From assembly GCA_018398765.1 (NCBI GenBank), contig JAHBMJ010000394.1, positions 1 through 49,106 on the forward strand: a DNA stretch of 49,106 nt. Reading direction: 5' to 3'. Source of the DNA: Chromera velia (taxonomy: Eukaryota). The position numbers and the translations under genes were made by a program. Of the stretch, positions 26,301-38,509 are shown piece after piece (positions within the stretch are counted from its first letter, which is position 1; every line of letters starts with the position of its first letter). The notes beneath the pieces are model-generated. The model made no database searches. It saw nothing but the letters and a program-made list of their open reading frames with translations, and was not told the origin of the DNA.

Positions 26301-28098
26301 CTCTGACAAGTCGAGATTGGTCCGGTTTGGCCGCATCGCATCAAGAGAGAAAGAAGAAGTTAGACTAGGGGAGATAGTGATGAAAGAAGCAAGAGAGCAA
26401 CCCTACCTGGGACTAGTCCTATCCGCCGACTGCAACCTAGAAACCATGATAAAAGCATGGTCAATCAAAGCAGAGAGAAGCATGCAGGGACTGATGGGGA
26501 AGATAGGAAGGGAGGGAGGGATTCCACCCGCTGATTGCTTCAATATATTTAAACAGACAGTGCGCGCCGTATGGTTGTATGGATGCGAAATCCATGCATG
26601 CCCAGATAGCACGTATGCAGAATTCGATGAGAAGTAAAGGAGATTTGTCAGGTTTGTTTTGCGTTTGAGAAAGAAAGAGAATTGTGACACGCTGATGATG
26701 GAAAGAGGTTTCATTCCGATTGATCTCGAAGTGGCTTCCAGAACGATCCGGTGGGCAGGGAAGGCTTTAAAGGAGAGAAGAAATGAAGCGGTAGGGCAGG
26801 CAATCCTTACATGCCTGAGAGAGGGGATAGAAAACGAAATAGGGGGGGGGAGAGGAATGCATCCTTTTTATCTTTTCCCTCATCTGAAACAATGTGCACA
26901 GGCACTCTACACAGACAGAGGAATGCACCTTTTTGCAAGAAAAAGACTAAAAGGAAGCGTAGGGCAGAGAGGAACACAGGTAGTCAACGAGAGAGTGGAC
27001 GGGATAGAGAGATGGCTGCTGAAGAGAACAAAAAATGAGCTAGACGAGAAGAAGAGAGAGGCGTTTGCACATAGAATAGAAAGAAACATAAGAGAGAAGA
27101 GCAGTCAGGAGAAGGCAGAACTGACAGGAGTCACTGTGATGATAGCTGACGTGCACAGAAAGGTCTCAAACGGAAACTGTCTCCACCTTTCTTTGTTTGA
27201 AGACAGAGCAGGTAGAAAGGTTGGCTCGATAATGAAAATAGAGAGAGAGAGAATAGGGAGAGCCCCTTTTTGTTATACGAGAGTGGCGCCGCGATCAGAA
27301 CATAGGAGGAGAGCAGCATGTAGGGTGGGAGACAGGGCTGTGGCTGCGACTCAGGGAAAAATTCTGGTAAGGGGGGGAGAGAAGGTGCCGTTACAAAAAA
27401 GGATGTGCCAGTTTTGTCGAGGGTGGTTGGGAATCGAGGTGATGGAAGATGAAATCCATTTGGTGACAGAATGTCCTGTTTTTGACAGAGAGAGAGCAGA
27501 AATGTTTAGAAAGATTGAAGGGAAATGGGATAGCAAGATGGAAGAAAGAGCCAGAAAGGCAGCCACAGAAAGAGAAGGGCTCAACAGAGAAGAGGGAAAA
27601 AGGGATAACTCGACGCTTTTCTGTTTTTTGTTGAATGAATGTCATGCCGGAGTGGATGAGTTTTTGGGATGGGCGTCATTCAGACGGAGGGTGTTTGAGG
27701 AGTGTCCAGGATGGTACAGACACATAGAGGGAGACGCTCTGGCGGCCAGACATGCAGAAATCACCGGAAGGCAGCGGGCGATCGAGAGACTAACAAAAGA
27801 ATATGAGGAGACAATTGATAACTTAGAGACGACCGAAGGAGCGTTAGGGTGGGGAAGGAGGGAGCCGCAGAAGAAGATTGATAAAGCAAACAAAAAGAGC
27901 GAGGAAGCCCAAATCACATGCCGTTTCAGATCGATTTTCAAGCCGGAAAGCCAATGCGGATCCAGAGCCGTGGCTCGAACAACGAACAATCATGCAGCAG
28001 CGGCTAGGGCAACAGACTCTGGCGGGCCCCGAGGGCGGGGTCTGATACCTCAGCTTAGGCTGGGGAACGCCCCGCCCTGCTGCTCTGGCGACAGATAG
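22690..28098 (+). pseudogene. Single APE-RT-ZnF polyprotein frame with five in-frame stops and no frameshift
   Basis: ORFs starting 22591, 25012, 25828, 26155 and 26659 all share one frame; stops TAA 24919-21, TAA 24979-81, TAG 25777-79, TAG 26131-33, TAA 26635-37; first in-frame ATG at 22690; terminal TAG at 28096-98 lies inside the right TIR. Confidence 0.9.
23256..23600 (+). repeat. (TCT)n/(TCC)n/(TCG) trinucleotide tract, poly-Ser in the retroelement frame
   Basis: About 345 bp of near-pure TCT repeats just upstream of the APE domain. Confidence 0.95.
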
Positions 28099-28128
28099 AC
28101 ATAGCGGGAAGGCCCTAGGGCGGAACAT

Positions 28129-28158
<30 letters not shown>
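28090..28158 (+). repeat. Right TIR / 3' end of the retroelement: 41 bp + (CAAT)7
   Basis: GACAGATAGACATAGCGGGAAGGCCCTAGGGCGGAACATAT followed by seven CAAT units. Confidence 0.97.
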
Positions 28159-28159
<1 letters not shown>

Positions 28160-28682
28160 CACATCAAACAAATTAAGGTGGCCGGCTCACGAGCTTTAAC
28201 CGCTTCAATTTCATTCAAATTCAATTCAATTAAACTTAATATAAAGTTACAGTTTGACAGTGTACTTTGACTTATAGAGTTTGACTAGCAATTCAATTTT
28301 TAAAAATTAATACGCATGCATGCAGGAATCCAATTAAAAATTTAGTTAAAAAGAGTTAAAAAGCTAGGTTAAAAATATAGTCTTTTTATTTAAATTTATT
28401 ACAGTAGCGCTAGATAAAACCTCCTAGAGTAACTTGTAAATCGTTGGAATCATGGGTCTAGCATAGGCTTCATGGCATAGCTGCTCCCCATAGAGTACTC
28501 CAAATGTCGATCTGAGTCCGGTTTGGAGCTCCGAACGCATTTTGGAGATCTTCACAGCTACAAACCATCTCTAGAAACCATCTCCATCTGAGTTCATCAT
28601 ATATTAAGAAACCTGCTAAGGATTGCACAATAAGTATATTCTATCTAGTATTCTCTCAGCAAAACAAGCAGCAAATATACTA

Positions 28683-29469
28683 TCAGATCACTAATTTAGA
28701 TACCAAATCGGTCCAGGTTTGCAAGGACTCCGTACATGCTCTGCATACGAACCGAAGCCACGAACTCCGTTCAGTTTCATCCAAGCGCGTCCAAAAACAC
28801 CCTGCTGCTGTGAATGCAATAACGCCCGCAAGCAAGGAGCCAAAGAATGAAAGCCGCAAGGATGCTGCGAGGATGGACCTTTTCGAAAACCCTGAACCTT
28901 TGGTCTCTGTATTCCATGCAGGGGGCGACCTGTAGATTGGCGGCACCAATACAGATACAGATCGACGCCGTCGTCCCTCTTCTCCGTGGTCCGTTTCTCC
29001 CTCCAAATTCCCCCCTTTATCAGTGGCCCTTTGCGTTCTCGTCCCCCCGCCCTCTGCGCTGCCTGCCTCTTGTGCACCCTGCTGTTGTCGCTTGCGCCAC
29101 GCAAGGCAGCGACCGACGCACGCTTCATTTCTGCCATGACAGTCAGGAACCACCTCGACCGAAGAGGCCCCCGAGCCCCGCATCCACACATGGGGGAAGT
29201 GGAGCGCCGGTGCAAAGGGAAGAGGGTCAGTCGAGGGGGTCGGACGGGGCATTCCATATGCGTCGGTGCCTGGGGCGGGCGGTCGCCTTCTTCTCGCCAG
29301 TCTGAGAAGGGCATCTGGGGGAAATTCGTTTTCCATCATGTGCCGTGCAGAGCTCAGAAGCTCCTCCAAAGGTTCAGAGTCCCAATTGATCCCCAAAAGA
29401 ATCTGCACGTGGAGACAGACTGTATGTTTCTTCTTCTTTCTTCTTTTCTTCATGTACATAACAGGCAAA

Positions 29470-29504
<35 letters not shown>

Positions 29505-29648
29505 GAAGGAAGGAAGGAAGGAAGAAAGAAAGAAAGAAAGAAAGAAAGGAAGGAAGGAAGGAAGGAAGGAAGGAAGAAGGGAAGGAAGGAAGGAAAGGAG
29601 GAAAGGAAGAAAGGAAGAAAGGAAGAAAGGAAGAAAGGAAGAAAGGAA

Positions 29649-29681
<33 letters not shown>

Positions 29682-31053
29682 GAAAGAAAGAAAGAAAGAA
29701 AGAAAGAAAAGAAAGAAAGAAAGAAAGAAAGAAAAGAAAAAGACAAAAGAACAGAACCAGCAATCAGACAGCGTGGGCAGGGGGCCCGAAAGGTGAGAGT
29801 TAAGCGCCCCTTGCCTCTCCACCTCCCGACAGACTTTCACGTGATCACTGGACGGACAGACAGACAGACAGACGGGCTATATCGTCTTTTCTTCACGGAT
29901 AAACAGAGAGACAAAAAACCGGACAGACAGGCAGACAGACTACATCTCCTTTCTTTCTCTTTCTTTCCTCCTCCTGACACATTGTCGAACCGGCAGGCAG
30001 GCAGACGGACTGACAAGATGCCTACAAAGAAGAATGGGGAAATCATACAAGGAATGACGCACACACATGCAGTCGCATGCTCTTTACCAGAGAAAGGGGG
30101 CAGACCCTCCCTGACTCCGCCACTGCCGACCGCACCGACATTCGGGATAGAAACCACACGTGGGTATGGTTGCCAGAAGACGAAAAGCAGTCAGGCGACA
30201 GAGTTTCGTTGTTTCGTCACGCAAATTCGATTGCACTTTCACTGTGCCACCTCTCTCTGCACGCACACGTGCCTACACCCCAGGCGTCCCCGAAGGCACC
30301 TGCATGATGACCTTTTGTGATACAGATTTTGTATTCTCCTTTATAAAACTTCTGACAGAATGCGTTTGCCTACTGACCCTGTGGACGTCCCCGAAGAGAT
30401 CTGCAGGGTCGCACCTCGGCGTGCCCTTCTGCACTTCCTCTAACAAGGCCAGCAGGGGGCCCCTCTGCCTTCGCACAGCGGCCGCTGAGAGGAAGACGGG
30501 AAAGAGAGGATGAGAGACCAGGATGCAGTCAAAGACACGGGCAACCTTCGATGCCGTTGTTATGTTGTGACACCAAAAGGTGACGATCCAAGGAACTGCA
30601 AAATTACAGTCTGCCCCCGAACCGCTGAGCAGGCCTGATACCTCAGGTTCGACTCTCTCGAGTAAGAGAGACATCAGACGCAGAAGCACTGACACCGACT
30701 GCCCGAACGGTGCACCGAGGACGTCAGACACAAAGAAGAGACTGAAACGCTCCGCAACCCGGAAGCCCGTGTCGGGTCCGAATAGATGCAAGAAGAGGGA
30801 GCAGACCTGCAAGGAGAACACAGAGGAAGAACGGATTGAGACGGCATATTGCCGCTCCCTCGTTTTGTCAGAGTTGCTTGACCCATCTTTCCAAATTCTT
30901 CCTCCTGTCCCTCGGTGCAAGCGTAAATGGTGACATGTTCGTCCCTGCCTCCCTACCTTTCTTCCTCCCGTCTCTCTGTTTCTCTCCGGCTGTCTCTGCG
31001 CGCGCATACATGCGTGCGTCTGCGTGCGACCGAGTGCATGCGTGTGCGTGCGT

Positions 31054-31088
<35 letters not shown>

Positions 31089-31097
31089 TGCGTGTGT

Positions 31098-31193
<96 letters not shown>

Positions 31194-32172
31194 CCCTTCC
31201 CTCTCTGTGTGTGTTGATGAACTGCCCATAACTGCCCCTCTCTTCCCTCACACGAGCACCCCCTTTTTCATGCTTGCCTCGCTCCTGCCTCTCTGTTTGG
31301 ACAGGCCCGTGCCGCCATTGCGTCACATGAACGTCTCGCTTCCGTGCATGACCCTCCTTACCCTCTCTCGTTATCGAAAGGTGTGTCACTATTCTGTCGT
31401 TCCTTGTCTCTTTGCTGCTCCTTATGCATTCTTGTGGACCTTCACATCCTCCCCTGTTCTATTTCTGCTGCTTACAGCACACCTCCCTGCTGCATCAGTG
31501 CACCGCCTCTTTTATGCCACTGCCATGCTGTCTACTCCACTCTGCACACCAGAGCAAAACCCAGTTCATCCACACAACTGACCTCGTGAAAGCCCTGACA
31601 ATATTTTAATCGGCACCCGTGGCGAGAAAGAACAGCGAGAACCATGTCAAAGAGGTCCGTCCTCATCCTCTCTCGCACGGCTGGTTGGAGGTTCTCGTGG
31701 ACATCCCAAGTGAAGAGAGAGCGCTGCACATCCAACACTACCTGTCTGCTGTCAGGATGCCACTCCTTTGCATCCACAGCTTCACGTCTCCAGTCTCTCC
31801 AATGAACAGAGGCAGAAGCACCCCCCCGGGGCAGCCCCAGCAGAACTGGCCATACACGACGACGCAGAGCAGTGTCCATGAACCCATCAGCCTGCATGAA
31901 CAACAACGAGCGTGCACACCCGAGTGAAAGACAGCCATTCGGATGGACAGGTTACAAGACGTCGAACTTTAGAGTAAAGCTGGTGCTACCTGAAAAGCGT
32001 GTTCCTGCAACCTCAAAAATTCCTCCCTCATACCCGGGCGACAAGACGACTTTGAAAATCCGCATCTATTCTTCCGAATGTCCGATAAGGAATGAAGTGC
32101 TGCCAAGAGCTCTCCGATTTCCCTCCTGCGCTCGGCCCGTTCAGCGGCAGCAGCCGCCCGTCTCCTAACCAT
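28683..32172 (-). CDS. TBC-domain Rab GTPase-activating protein, TBC1D20/GYP8-like, with a hydrophobic C-terminal segment
   Basis: Spliced model: exon 1 32172-31990, exon 2 from 31891 (...HAFQ|ADGFMDTALRRRVWPVLLG...QVVLDVQRS...YCQGFHE); later exon FAVPWIVTFWCHNI...VARVFDCILVSHPLFPVFLSAAAV; last exon ends TGA at 28683 after LSFFGSLLAGVIAFTAAGCFW. The TBC R-finger (DxxR) and Q-finger (YxQ) are both present. Confidence 0.88.
29468..29740. repeat. (GAAA)n/(GAAG)n tetranucleotide tract in a TBC-gene intron
   Basis: Read directly. Confidence 0.95.
31035..31191. repeat. (TG)n microsatellite in a TBC-gene intron
   Basis: Read directly. Confidence 0.95.
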
Positions 32173-32860
32173 CTCGGAGGGAAGCAACTGTCGACTTTTG
32201 GAAAGTACTGCGCAGCGGGTCGTTTTTCAAGTCTCAAATTGAGAGGGAGAGGGAGTGTTCAGAACTTCTCCAGATATGTATACATTAACATTAATAGAAC
32301 CTTGCTGACATTGGTGCCGCTCAATATCGACCAGATCGGATCTCTCCTGAGCAGGGTCAGTCTGAAGGCTGAAGCTCAGTCGGAGTCGCACAGCGAAGTC
32401 GGACCCGGAAGGCAGGCGTTTGGGCTGTCAGACTGTATATGGGCCGGAAAAACCATGCACGAAAAGCCCAGAAAAAAACTTGGATCGATCGAAATTTGTG
32501 CAACGTGCATCCTGCATCTTTGAATCGTTTTGAATCTTCCTTCCATTGACTCGCATTCAATGAGAGAAAGTAAGAGAAAGACTGCCGTCATCCACATCCG
32601 CAGTATATACGATTATTTGGAATCTTGAAGCCGGCACGTTCAGGCGCTTCTAAGATTGAATGCGAGAGAAGACTCTTTGACGTTCTGCTCAGTCTGTTTG
32701 TATCCCAGAGTTGCAGTCTCCGGTCGACTTCGACCATCGCAGTGCTGATCTCCTCGCAGATCGCGCATTGACGGGAAATCGGCTGCTGCATACGGTTTGC
32801 AACTTGTGTTAAATCGATCCCCTCTGACACTTTTTGCGATTCACTTCTTTCCCTTTTCCA

Positions 32861-34460
32861 ATGGACACTCTACGAAAAAACGCTTCTCAAGCATCTCTTC
32901 ACGGAGACAAGAGGAGAGCAGGCGGCCCTTCGAAGGGTGGAGGCATGCTACCTGTGCAACGGATGCATACAGGGCCAGCACAGAGTCCATTTTTTCTGAG
33001 TGCAGTGAATCACACTCTCCAGATTTCTCATTCGACTGCGCACCTTTGTGACAACACACTGGGTGGATGGTTGAGTTCGACCAACAAAAACACCATGGAA
33101 ACCATTCACGAAAAAAGTGATGGCGGGACCCCCGCAAGGCCCCTAAGGGGAACACCTGCTTCGAACGAGAGACAGAGATTGAGTGGGGGTCTGTGCAACT
33201 CTCACACAACGGCCGCTCTGAATCTTCAACAAACATTCGCAGCCTTTCCTCACAGTGCAGGCGTCTCCTTTTCCCGTCCCCCCTACCGTCCAGCCAACTC
33301 CCTCCCTCCAAGTGCACCTCCCGCACCGTTATCATCCACAATCGCTGTGCAGACAGTCCCAGTACCGCCGAGGGCACACCAGCCCCAATCCCACCAGACT
33401 GCTCAGCAGACTGCCGTCAACCCCTCCCAGAAAAAAGAAGAATTAGTCGCCCCACGCACACAACAGCAGAGGCAAAAACCACAAACCCAAACTACTCAAG
33501 TGCAAAACTACGCACACCAGCCTCTTCCATCCCCCCCCTACTCTGTTCTATCAGTGCAGCATCCACAAAGAGTTCCTCAACGCCCGCATCCCGTGCCAGC
33601 TGCCCCGCCCCCGTGGCATGCGGCTCCATCTGCGCCTTTTGCCCCTTACCCGTTTCCACTGCACCCTTTCAGCGCCTACACATATGCAAACGCTCCGCCT
33701 CGTGCACATCCCCCCCACTTTCCCCCCATGCACCCCTACCCAGGTTTCCCCATGCCTGCTGCTCACTTCCAGGCCCCCCCTCCAGCACAAAGAACTGCAG
33801 GAGTCCCTCAGGGACCCGTCTCTCAGCCCGTGCAGCCAGCCGCTCCGTCTCCTTCTGACGTGGCGGAGGCCTCCAAGACAGGGGGGGCAGGTCATGGGTG
33901 CTCTCAAGGAATTTCTCTGACGAAGCGGCCGGAGGTGTTTCCTTCTGTCATCACGGACAAATACGAAGTTGGGGTGGGTTCTCTTTCAGTTCATTCGGCC
34001 CTTCCCAAACACTCATTCGCTTGCATCTGTTTTCAGCGTCATACCAGTCATTTTCCCTTGTCGAGAGTTTTTCTTTTCCCCATTGTGTGTGTCTGTGTGT
34101 GTGTGTGTGTGTCCCTCGGCCCCTCTTTGATTTTGCCGACACGTGTTGTTTGGGTTTGCAGGAGACTCTCTGTGAAGGTTCTTTTGGGGTCGTTGTGAGA
34201 CTTCGGGAGAAGACACCCAATGCGAAGGGGGAGCACCAGACACGTGCAATGAAGCTGATCGCCAAGACGCCCTATGCAGAGAGGGGAATCGGAAGACAGG
34301 TGGGCAAAGGGTTCTGCGCTTCTTGTAGTTCAGCCCGTCTGCTTCCTTGTGTGTTCTCCCTTTCCCTCTTTCATTCAGGCAGCCACTCTGCCCCCTTCTC
34401 AATGACTTGACCGCTCCTTCCCTCCCTCCTTCCTTCCTTCTGAATCGCCCTCTCAATCGG

Positions 34461-34533
<73 letters not shown>

Positions 34534-36031
34534 TATGTGTGTGCAGCCTCGGTTGGAGGTCCTCTGTCACAGCGCGTGCGGTTCCGGCAGTGGGCACCCG
34601 TTCGTGGTGCGTTTTCTGGAGGCGTTCGAGGACGACGAGACCCTCTTTGTGGTGACGGAATTCGCTGACAGAGGGGATCTCCTGGAGCTTCTCGCGGGAG
34701 TGGCGGCGTCAGTCGGGGGGAGGGGGAGGGGCAAGGGCCAACAGGCAGTGTGGAGAGAAATCATGCAACGTGGCTGTTTCTGGTTTCTGCTTTTATTTTT
34801 GTACGCACTTCTCGCAGCCTGGTGGTAGGGAACCCTTACTGAACATGATTTGGACTTCTGGGTGTTTCACTGGATTTTCTTCTCTTGCACTTTCCTCCTC
34901 CGTCACGTCTCGTTCTTGCTTCTAAGTATTGGTCACTTCCTGAGCGGATGCGGTGGGTGTGCAGATGCGGACACGGGCTCCCGGAGCTTTTTGCTGCGCA
35001 CCTGTTCGCACAGGCTGCTGAGGCAGTCAAAAGGGTGCATGCATGGTCAGTCAGTCATCTGCGAAGGAGAAAGAGCACGAAAAAGAAACATCGGAAGAAA
35101 AATAGACAGAAAGAACGAAAGTGAGTGAAAGAAACAAGTCCACACACAAAAAAGAAAGAAAGAATGATGGGCAAACGAACGAACGGTCATCCGAAAAAAC
35201 AGAAAGAAGGAAAAGCGCAAATGTCTTTGCACGCCCTCTGGTTCCGCCTGTGACGCAGCTTTTTGTCGTTCTCTCCTGCCTGCTTCGATCTCTCGAGTGA
35301 GGAATGAGTGAGGATCCCGAAGGGGAGGGAACCCCTGAGGAAGAGCGCATTCATGCGCCTCTCGACAATGAAGAGTCGCTCTGTTCTGTTCTGTCCTCTT
35401 CCATTTGTGTCTGGACTTTCGTGACGTCTCGTCTGCATGCGTGTCTACGGTTCTGCTTTTTCCAATTTCTCTCTGCACTTTGTCTCTCTGGTCTAAATTT
35501 GCAGTGGGTGGGTCCACAGAGATGTGAAGCCGGAGAATTTCTGTCTCTCTTCGGCACCCCCCCAAGGGTCCCCGTCCTCCCAGGCCGTCTCCGGGGAATG
35601 CGAGAAGGGCCCCGGAAGCCCTTGTTGGGGCGCAATTCTCGGAGGGTCTCGGCCCCCTATTCTCAAGCTCTGTGACTTTGGCTGGTGCTGTATGCGCAGC
35701 GAAACCAGGTGAGCAGGTTGCGCATGTGTTTTTTTTTTTTCTTCACCTTTCGGGAGGTTCCAAGTCATCTCTCTCCCTCTTCTAAGCGCGTATTCCATTC
35801 TTCGGTGAGCATCCCCAATGACAGAGGAGCAGCAAATGTTTACTAATGTGATTCGATGGTCTGGCTTTCGTGTCGAGACTCCCGGAGAAGGGAGAACGAA
35901 CAAGCCAGCAGAAGGGGCCAGGAAGCCCCTTTTTTCATCTCCGGCAGTTCTCCATTGTTTTCGCACCATCGTGTCTCTGTTCCCACTGTATCCCAAGCGC
36001 TTTTCGAAATGTCTGCGTTTTGTGTTTTCCA

Positions 36032-36076
<45 letters not shown>

Positions 36077-38509
36077 CGCTCGCTCTCTGTCTCTCTCTCA
36101 TTGCAGCGCCCAGAAGTGCGGTACATACGAACACTTCTCACCGGAGCAGGCGGGGGAGACTGCGCAGGATGATAGGGTGGACATTTGGTCGCTCGGTAAG
36201 CAGGGCGGTGGCTCTTGAGTCGAGATGCGGCCTCTCGGAAAGAAAGAAAGTGAACTCAAATGATGCAGAGGTACAAGGGAAGGAGCACGTGGTAGACAGT
36301 CGCATGCAATCCTTGATGTGCTCGATGGTGCGTAAGAAAAAGAAAAACGCCTCAGTCTCCTTTGAAAGATAGAAGGGTGACATCTCATATCTATCTCCCG
36401 TTGCTTTTCTCTCTTTCTTTCCGAGGTGCCTGCAGGCGTGGTTCTGTTCGAAATGCTGACAGGCAGCAACCCGACTTTCCCTCTGGATCCCTCCACAGAC
36501 TCCGAAAAGAGAGCCAGGGTCCGTCCTTCCGTCTCTGCCTATCTTTCTGTCTGTCTGATTTGTGTGTGGGGGGGCGTGGGTGCGGCTGGGTGGGTATCTG
36601 TCTGTTGTCGGTCGTTCTTTCCGTGCGTTAGCGCTCATGCTTTTCTATCTCAATTCAACCCGTGCATGGGTGTCAGTCTGCATGAATTCGGCGTCTCGGC
36701 TCCCTCCCTCCCTCGCTTTGTTTTCGAAGTACAATGCTAGCTTGATCCTGCATGCCCCACTTTCCTTTTCTTTGCCGGTCTCTGCCCGACTTCCTTCCTT
36801 CGTCTTCCTGCTTTGCAGCGTGTTCTTGAGTGGATCAAGGTTCCCGACTGGCCCTTCTGTGTGATCGACTCCCTCGCCTACGCCCGTCCTGCGGCCTCCC
36901 TCTGGAGGGACCCTGTCGGATCTGCCTGGGCCCTCGCGGAGTGCAAAGCCTGGTGCGATGACAGGGCGATGAGGGGGTTCGCTTGCGTGGGGGGGTACGT
37001 GGAGGGCGTCTCGGCTCTCAGGGGACCTGCACGGGATCTCCTGGGTCGAATGCTTCAGGCAGACCCTCGCAGACGGCCCACGATTGATGAGGTGTGTTTT
37101 GTTTGTTTGCACACACGGTGGTTTCTACCTTTGTTTCGCCTTGTAGCGGTGTTGTGTGTGTCCGTTCATGAGTTTCACTGACAACGCCTTGCAGCCCTAC
37201 GGTTGGTGCTCTTCCTTGTTTCTGGGTTTGCACTTTCCGTCTCTCAATTCATGAATATGTGGTGTGTCTGTGCGCATGGGCGCATGCGTATGTTGTTGTT
37301 TGTAGGAGAAGAGAGCGCAGCCTTGCCTATCCTTTTTAGTGCATGCGTAAGCATAATGCAAGTAGAAACAAAAAGGATACACGAATGAATGCCTTGCTTG
37401 CTTGATGGGTGGATGGATGGACCCTGTGCCTGCAGGTGTTGGAGCACCCATTTGTTCGCCCTCACCGAGTGCCGTCTCTTCGAAGCCTTCCCCCTGCATT
37501 CCACGGAAAATGGAGGACCCCCAGCATGAGCAGGACAGCCACAGGGACAGCCGCAGCCACGGCCACGGCAGCATCACAGCAGAGGCCGTCTCGAAGCACC
37601 GAGGCAGCACACACTATCACACAAAATAGACCACCCCAGACCCAGGGCCCTGTCAGGGTCCTCCAGGAGGCTCCCACCGCCGTCTCCTCCATTCTTGCTC
37701 GTAGTGCTGCAGCAAGTGCACCGGAGACTGCCACAGCAGCCTCTGCCGTGTCTGCATCTGCATTGGTACAGCCCGAGAGCAGGGAGGGGGGGGAGCTACC
37801 GCCTCCGGGTTCTGCCGCCACCCTCACAGGAAGTCCCACAAACCCCCTTGAAGGAGCCCCACAGCAGCCCCCTGCAGGCAATCCCATCATTGAACGAAAC
37901 TCAATCGCAGCATCCTCTTCTGCTGCCGAGCCAAGCATGCAAAAGGACAAAAGTCCACAAAAGGACGGGATGGTATTCCCATCAGAAGCGACTGTCACCG
38001 CGAGCAGTCACCTGGATCCTTCTGTTCCTGCCCCCCTCTCTCCCCCCATCTCGCCATCGAGACGCATGCAGTCCGTCAGGGGTGCTTTGGAAGAAGCGCA
38101 GGCGACTGCCGAGACGGTGAGAAGAGAGACGGGAAACGGTTCTCCCTCGTCTCCGATCATTGCCGCAATGCCTGCTGAAGAAGCGGAAGGTTCAGCGGAG
38201 GCGGCAGGTGCCGCCCCCTCCCCCCCCCGTGCCGGGGCCCGACGGTCCCGTGCGGCGGCAGGTGTGTACGGGTCCCGAGGAGAGCGGGAGGGGGGCTCTC
38301 CGTCCTCCGTCTCCTCCACACACTGCTGGGAGTGCAAATTGTCGCCTCCAGGGGGTAGAGTGGGTGGAGCGTCTTCCGCTGTCTGTCCTGCACCGAGCGG
38401 GACCCCTGGTGCTGCTTCTGTAGGCGCCGTGTCTTCTTCAGGCGGGGTGGAAGCGGAAGGGGATAAGGAGAGGGAGAGGGAGACAAACTCGAACCAGCTG
38501 GGAGGGTGA
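32861..38509 (+). CDS. Multi-exon Ser/Thr protein kinase, Aurora-related, with Pro/Gln-rich N-terminal and Ser/Ala-rich C-terminal extensions
   Basis: Spliced motifs YEVG|ETLCEGSFGVV, RAMKLIAK, HPFVVRFLEAFED..LFVVTEFADRGDL, VHRDVKPEN, LKLCDFGWC, CGTYEHFSPEQ, VDIWSL|GVVLFEMLTG, ARDLLGRMLQADPRRRPTIDE|VLEHPFV. DFGW is typical of the Aurora family. ATG 32861, TGA 38507-09. Confidence 0.88.

Larger units (their letters stand above)
22367..28158 (+). mobile_element. Non-LTR retrotransposon (APE endonuclease + RT + C-terminal CCHC finger) with (CAAT)n tail and perfect terminal inverted repeats
   Basis: APE motifs WALNIRG (23671), DILFMNET, GLYDPH, VIGDFNAR, SLIDYACMS, SDH; RT motifs WNDLPVTALPKPGK..WRGVHL, QFTYKRKTGTCDAIF, VAFVDFTRAFDEV, GLKQGGPSGPSLYSVY, LFTDD, PYLG; finger CQFC...EDEIHLVTEC (27406-27474); 3' tail (CAAT)7; 22387-22427 is the exact reverse complement of 28090-28130. 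Confidence 0.95.

Noticed and set aside
24919..26637. Reassignment of TAA/TAG to Gln in the host nuclear code
   Set aside because: Host exons of 3-4 kb contain no in-frame TAR, the DENN gene ends in TAG, and in-frame TARs occur only in repeat or multicopy sequence that also shows transition-biased decay.
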